A stretch of DNA of 52,077 nt from Vicugna vicugna. Taxonomy: Eukaryota. The stretch covers positions 1 to 52,077 of the forward strand of contig PNXW01004714.1 in assembly GCA_013265495.1 (NCBI GenBank). Direction: 5' to 3'. The notes under the pieces are model-generated. The model ran no database searches. It had not been told where the DNA came from and saw only the letters and a list, made by a program, of their open reading frames with translations. This document shows, in pieces, positions 47,339-52,077 of this stretch (positions are counted from its first letter, which is position 1; each line of letters opens with the position of its first letter). Both the position numbers and the translations under genes were made by a program.

Positions 47339-49868
47339 TGAGTGAGTGTACCTCTGTGTACGTGATTGTGAGTGGGTGTGAGAAGGCTTTACGTATGTGA
47401 GAGGGGGTGTGTGTGATGGGGAAAGCACTGATGAAGGAGAGTCTGAAGGGAGACTAAGCACAGGGCAGTGGTGCCTCTCCCCTTCCACGGCTGCACATCT
47501 CCTTCCGTGCACAGCCCTGAAAAGGTACTGCCTCCCTGTCCTCTCAGTTTCCTTTATCTGCCACCATCCTTCTTTCATGGATGAGAAGTAACGTCCAATT
47601 TTAGTCCGTGGCTTCATGTTCTTCCCACATTCAGTTCTCTCTGACTCCAAGACTTTACTAAAATCGTGCAGACTGCCCTGAGCGTGTCCTGGGCCCCCTC
47701 CACCCTCCAGTGAATGGACAGAGGGCAGTAACCCAGGGAAGGAAAGAGAAGTAGCCCGGGAACCAGGGCGTCTACCCCGAGGTGATCCACACCCAAGGCC
47801 CAGATGGAAAGTGGAAAGTGTTGACATAGTTTCAAATTATCCTTTTTTAATCTCACAAGCCTAAAATGGAAATGTTGGCAGATCCCAGAAAATTAGTAAC
47901 TTGGAGATACGAAAACTACTATATAGCTCGGTTTAACACATGCTTGGGCATATTTAAGATATATTTAAAATTTTGGAAAGGCCAAAAGAGTTCGGCTTCT
48001 TTAAGGAAAGGGCTGGCAGAAGACTGTACCATCCTGCACGCTGCGGGCTCCGAGGCTGAGGCTTTACGTGTGTCGGAGGGGTCTGTTCATCAGAAAAGGC
48101 AGGGGAGGCGAGCGGAGAGAGCCAGGAGGGGGGCGGAGGGCACAGCCGGCCGGTGGCAGTGACCTCGTCATCAGGTAACCACAGCCTGATTAGAAGGAAA
48201 CCAGACTGGGAGCCACGGGAGTTTTCACTTTCTTTGCACTCTGACCACAAAAGAGCAGAAACAAGAAATCAGTTGTCTCTTAAAGGGGCTCGGAGGGAAT
48301 CGAGGAAGCGGAGACTATCCCGCCTAGCAAAGGCCAAGCCAGAAGGAATGTGGACCAGAGGTTCCCAGACAGGCAGGGGCTGGAAAGTGTTACAAAGATT
48401 CCCGGAGGAGAAGAGAACCTTAGGTCAAGCAGCAATTAACGACAGCTCCCGTCCAAAGGCACCAGCCTGCGCCTCACCGCTCTGCGTCTCTCTACACCCC
48501 AGCGAAACCTCAAACTTAGTCTCCTATGGAGTAGAGTAAATTAATGCATAGTATTTGTTTGTCTTTTTAATCCTTTCTTTTTATAAAAGAATCCTGACTG
48601 ACCGGATCTTATGCGCTATCATTGAGATGTCAACTGTTTACACCTGGAGAAGCAGTGGCACCTTACCATCCAACCCCAACGGAGCCTTCCCTGTGTGATC
48701 CGTGACAGTTAGTGGCTCAGTGGCGATGGTCCTCATGGTAGGAGAGATGTGATAGAAATAAGATAGGTGGCAGGCCATGCAGAATTTCCTTCCAGAGCGG
48801 CACACCGATCCCCTTCTCTGCCACTGGGAGAAGACTCAAATATGAATAACAGTTGTACTGCTATAGAAACAGTTTTGAAACTATTATGGGGGCCATATGA
48901 GTCATATTTAGTTGTTACAGGTGTGGCCTCGCATCCTTATGCTGTGACATCAAGTTGAAAACCATGGTTATAGATGAATGAAAGAGAAAAGAGGTGCAGG
49001 TGGGAAAGCTTCCAGGGCTCCAGGCCGTGTTGAGGTCCCAGGCTTCTTGACCCAAAGACAGAGAACGCAGGGCTCTCTGGGCTCCCTTCCCTACCAGCCT
49101 CAGCGACACTCAGACAAGCTCCCAAGCATGAGGCACATCCCAGTTCTATGATTTTGCTTGCATTCTCTTCTTTGTACAGGCATTCTAACTCTCAAAATAC
49201 TTCTGCTATTCACTTGGGATATTCTTCATCTCAAAACCACAGCAAAACACATCATATTCATACCAACATCAGGACAATTGTCTAAATGCTATGATCTTCT
49301 GAAACCTTCTTCAACTTTTGGGAATTTTAGAAAGCACATATGAGAAGGCACTTATCTTTCACCCAAAAAGGCACTGACTATTTTAGGACATTTGTGGCAA
49401 ATGTTTTAGTTTGCCTGTATCCTGATTGAGAACAAAAAAAAATGTATACAAAGCTAGTTACTTCTTCTGCTATGTCCCCTGGTTTTTTTGTTCAACTCAC
49501 CATGATGGAATTTTCAAATAGCATTTTAATTATCTGTCTAACTTCTCTTGGTCTCCCTTGCCCAGATGATCATCTCTGGGAATGGGATCACATCTTATTC
49601 ATGTCTTTGCACAGCCCTCATCAAAAGGTCTGTGTATAGAAACTGATTAACAAATGTTTGGTTTTGGATGTATGGATGGAAATAGAAGTACAATATGATC
49701 TGCTTCCTAAAATACACGAATGTGATCTGCTTCCCATAATGAGAAAGGACCTATAATTTAATAACCAAGTTTGTACACCCCTCCCTTTCCACTTAGAAAG
49801 TCTACAGCTATGGGGTTAGTAGTCAGCAGCCTAGAAATGGTCTTTATTAAGGCAAACTGTGGTCCCCT

Positions 49869-49889
49869 TGAGTTGTCCAAGGTCCTGAT
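49869..49889 (-). promoter_or_regulatory. Possible REST/NRSF RE1 site
   Basis: tgagttgtccaaggtcctgat vs reverse consensus ggcgctgtccgtggtgctgaa; correct half-site spacing, imperfect core. Confidence 0.3.
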
Positions 49890-50479
49890 TTCTGCCAGGA
49901 TCTCATTCAAACTAGTCCAGCCAGGGTGTTGAAAAGCCTTGAGGCAAGTCTCATGGTGCCCCCTGCTTGCCCACAAGGGCTGATGTGAGCTGATGCAACT
50001 GCACCTGCTGATCACACCTCTCCTGGTACGCCGAGCCAGTTGCCCCATGTTGGTTCCTGGGATTGACTTGTGATGACATTTTCTAGGCTTAGCCGTTTCC
50101 TCTCACTACATATGCCTTTTTAGTTCTCCTGGCCAAAAAGGATTCTCTGTAAACTAGTGAGAAACTCATTTATTCCAAACAGTAAATGATTTGCAAGGTT
50201 TGGTGTATTACTCTTCCTTAAAACCTCTGCACCTTAAAGGGAATGCAATCTTAAGTCAAAAAAGGAACTGTGGCATTTCAGGCATAATCAGACACTCAAT
50301 TCTTTGCTCCTGGGAACACAGTCCCTGTCCAGAGCTACTGGCTACCCAGCCTTCTTCCCCTGCTCAGTAATGCCATCTTCCTACCATTCTCACTCATAGA
50401 TGACTTTGGCCCCTGCATCATGTGCTTCATGGTCCACATGGATGACCATCCAACATTGGGATGACCATCATGTCCTCTT

Positions 50480-50788
50480 TTTTTTAAATTTTATTTTATT
50501 GAGTTTTAGTCAGTTTACAATGTTGTGTCAATTTCCAGTGTAGAGCACAATTCCTCAGGCACACATGAACACACGCACATTCATTGTCGCACTCCCTTCC
50601 ACCGTGAGCTACCACAAGATCCTGTATATATTTCCCTGTGCTACACAGCACAGTCTTGTCTATCCATTCCACATGTATCTGTCAGCATCTACAGATTTCG
50701 AACTCCCAGTCTGTCCCTTCCCACCCCCCTCCCCCCCCCCACCACCCCCCCCCACCCCCTCCCAGAGTCTGTTTCTGTTTTGTATTTA
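50480..50788 (-). mobile_element. Camelid-type L1 3' end with 17-bp TSD
   Basis: TSD gaccatcatgtcctctt (50463-50479) / gaccatcaagtcctctt (50789-50805); TT/AA target; poly(T) at left. Confidence 0.9.
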
Positions 50789-50805
50789 GACCATCAAGTC
50801 CTCTT

Positions 50806-51775
50806 AATCATTTGATCTTCTCAATCCCAGCGACCATCTTCCCTATTTCACATTGATCACTACTCCCCAAGCCACCTAAATCTTTTCATCATGTTTCATT
50901 TTACGCATAAGTCTTAACTTTCTCTCCAGCTAGCTTGGTCAACTTCTGCCCAAATGGTTTTTGAGCCTCCTGGGAACCTCCAGTCAATGAACCCTTCACT
51001 CTCTGCCAACCCATCACCTAGCTTCTTTCTTTATTGACCTCTTTATCCAACTTAGATCTCATGGCCCATCACTCCACAGCACTTTTTCCAGAATTCCAAA
51101 CTCCTCTGTCGCTCTGTCCTTTTATCACACCCACCTGGCAAAAAGTCAGCTCCGAAAGGACCCACCGCCCCTCTTGCTCTGAAGCAGAGCACATGTTGAG
51201 TCCTACTGAGAAAGTAACACGCAACATCTCACCATGTACTCACGGTAACGATTCTCATGTGTCTCTCAACCCTGCCCAGTACGCATGCCACTTTTCTCTC
51301 GTCAACTCTGCAAAGCACTTCTGGTCTAATCTGCCCTCACAAACCTCTGACTCCCTCACTTCTTAAGTCTCGGCTTACAACCCTGCCTCTTTTTTCTCAG
51401 GGAACACTGAGTCTGTTACGAGGATCTCTCTCACCCACCCACCACCGAGTGCTCAAGCCCCTTCCATCCCACGTGTTCCCTGGCCTTTTCTCCCTCCCAC
51501 AAGCCAGGGATGGTTCGTCCAGATGGCTTAAGATCCAACTTCTGCCGCTGTCAGTAAATGTACATTGGCCACCAACCCTCCTTTCTCTCATTTCCTCTCT
51601 AATGGATTTCTCCCAAAGGCACTGAAATGCCCATAAGTCTTTTCCACTTAAAAACTGCCATCTCTCAACCTTGCATACCCTCTAGCTGTTGCCTTATCTT
51701 TCTTTACCATTTAAGCCAAACTCCCTAAGAAGGTTGTTTCATTTACAGTTCCTCACTCTTCTCACTCCTCAGCCT
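50806..51775 (+). mobile_element. L2 ORF2-derived fragment (begins ~50300, interrupted by the L1)
   Basis: Pyrimidine-rich L2-like motifs (ccaacttagat..atggcccatcac; agccaaactcc..aagaaggttgt); boundaries approximate. Confidence 0.6.
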
Positions 51776-52055
51776 ACTCCTGGCTGGCTTTAGTCCCCAT
51801 CATTACCCCAAAACAGCTCCTGCTTGGGTCACCAGAGATCTCCATGCAGACAGGCAGCAGAGGCAGTGGCGGCTTGGGATGGGGGCTGCCCTGGGACAGC
51901 CTCTGCTGCCCCAGCTTCCTGTAAAGCACTTCTCTCAGCCTGCTCCTGAGAGGTGGGCAGGGTGTGGTCATGGGGGCGCGGTGGAGACTAAGGCAGGATT
52001 GGGGCTGCCCCAGGCTAGAGCTGGGATTTGCTCCCATTTCCCACTGTCGCTGTGG

Positions 52056-52077
52056 ACACACACACACACACACACAC
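52056..52077. repeat. (CA)n microsatellite running off the window end
   Basis: Direct reading. Confidence 0.95.

Noticed and set aside
1..52077. CRISPR arrays, tRNA/rRNA genes, prokaryotic-type systems, tRNA-derived young SINEs
   Set aside because: None seen; the sequence is mammalian and the only regular repeats are satellites and local duplications without unique spacers

Overview
Mammalian (eutherian) genomic DNA, probably camelid. This rests on the lineage-type L1 3' ends and ORF2 sequence (recalled, not searched) and on the absence of Alu, BovB/Bov-tA, PRE-1 and SINEC elements. I find no intact multi-exon protein-coding gene; nearly all ORFs in the track are incidental. The window has two compartments. 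(1) Bases 1 to ~10.5 kb are an AT-rich patchwork: a two-exon guanylate-binding protein (GBP) pseudogene fragment (minus strand), truncated L1 pieces, an orphan GC-rich first-exon-like fragment, and the decayed tail of a C2H2 zinc-finger gene. (2) From ~10.5 kb there is a CpG-island promoter of an unidentified gene, followed by ~40 kb of GC-richer intronic or intergenic sequence with MIR, L2, L1, MLT1/MaLR, ERV LTR, MER5A and MER45A repeats. The most informative structure is a full-length Tigger1 (34.2-39.2 kb) carrying two L1-mediated insertions. One is a polyadenylated LTR fragment. The other is a TOMM40L processed pseudogene with a 14-bp TSD. It was copied from an mRNA lacking two internal exons, and in antisense it carries the complete, still-open terminal exon of NR1I3 (CAR) with splice acceptor, stop codon and poly(A) signal. 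I see no evidence of a wholly new biological system; the best leads are this passenger exon and the rearranged left-hand mosaic. Repeat family names come from recalled consensus sequences, and many repeat boundaries are approximate.
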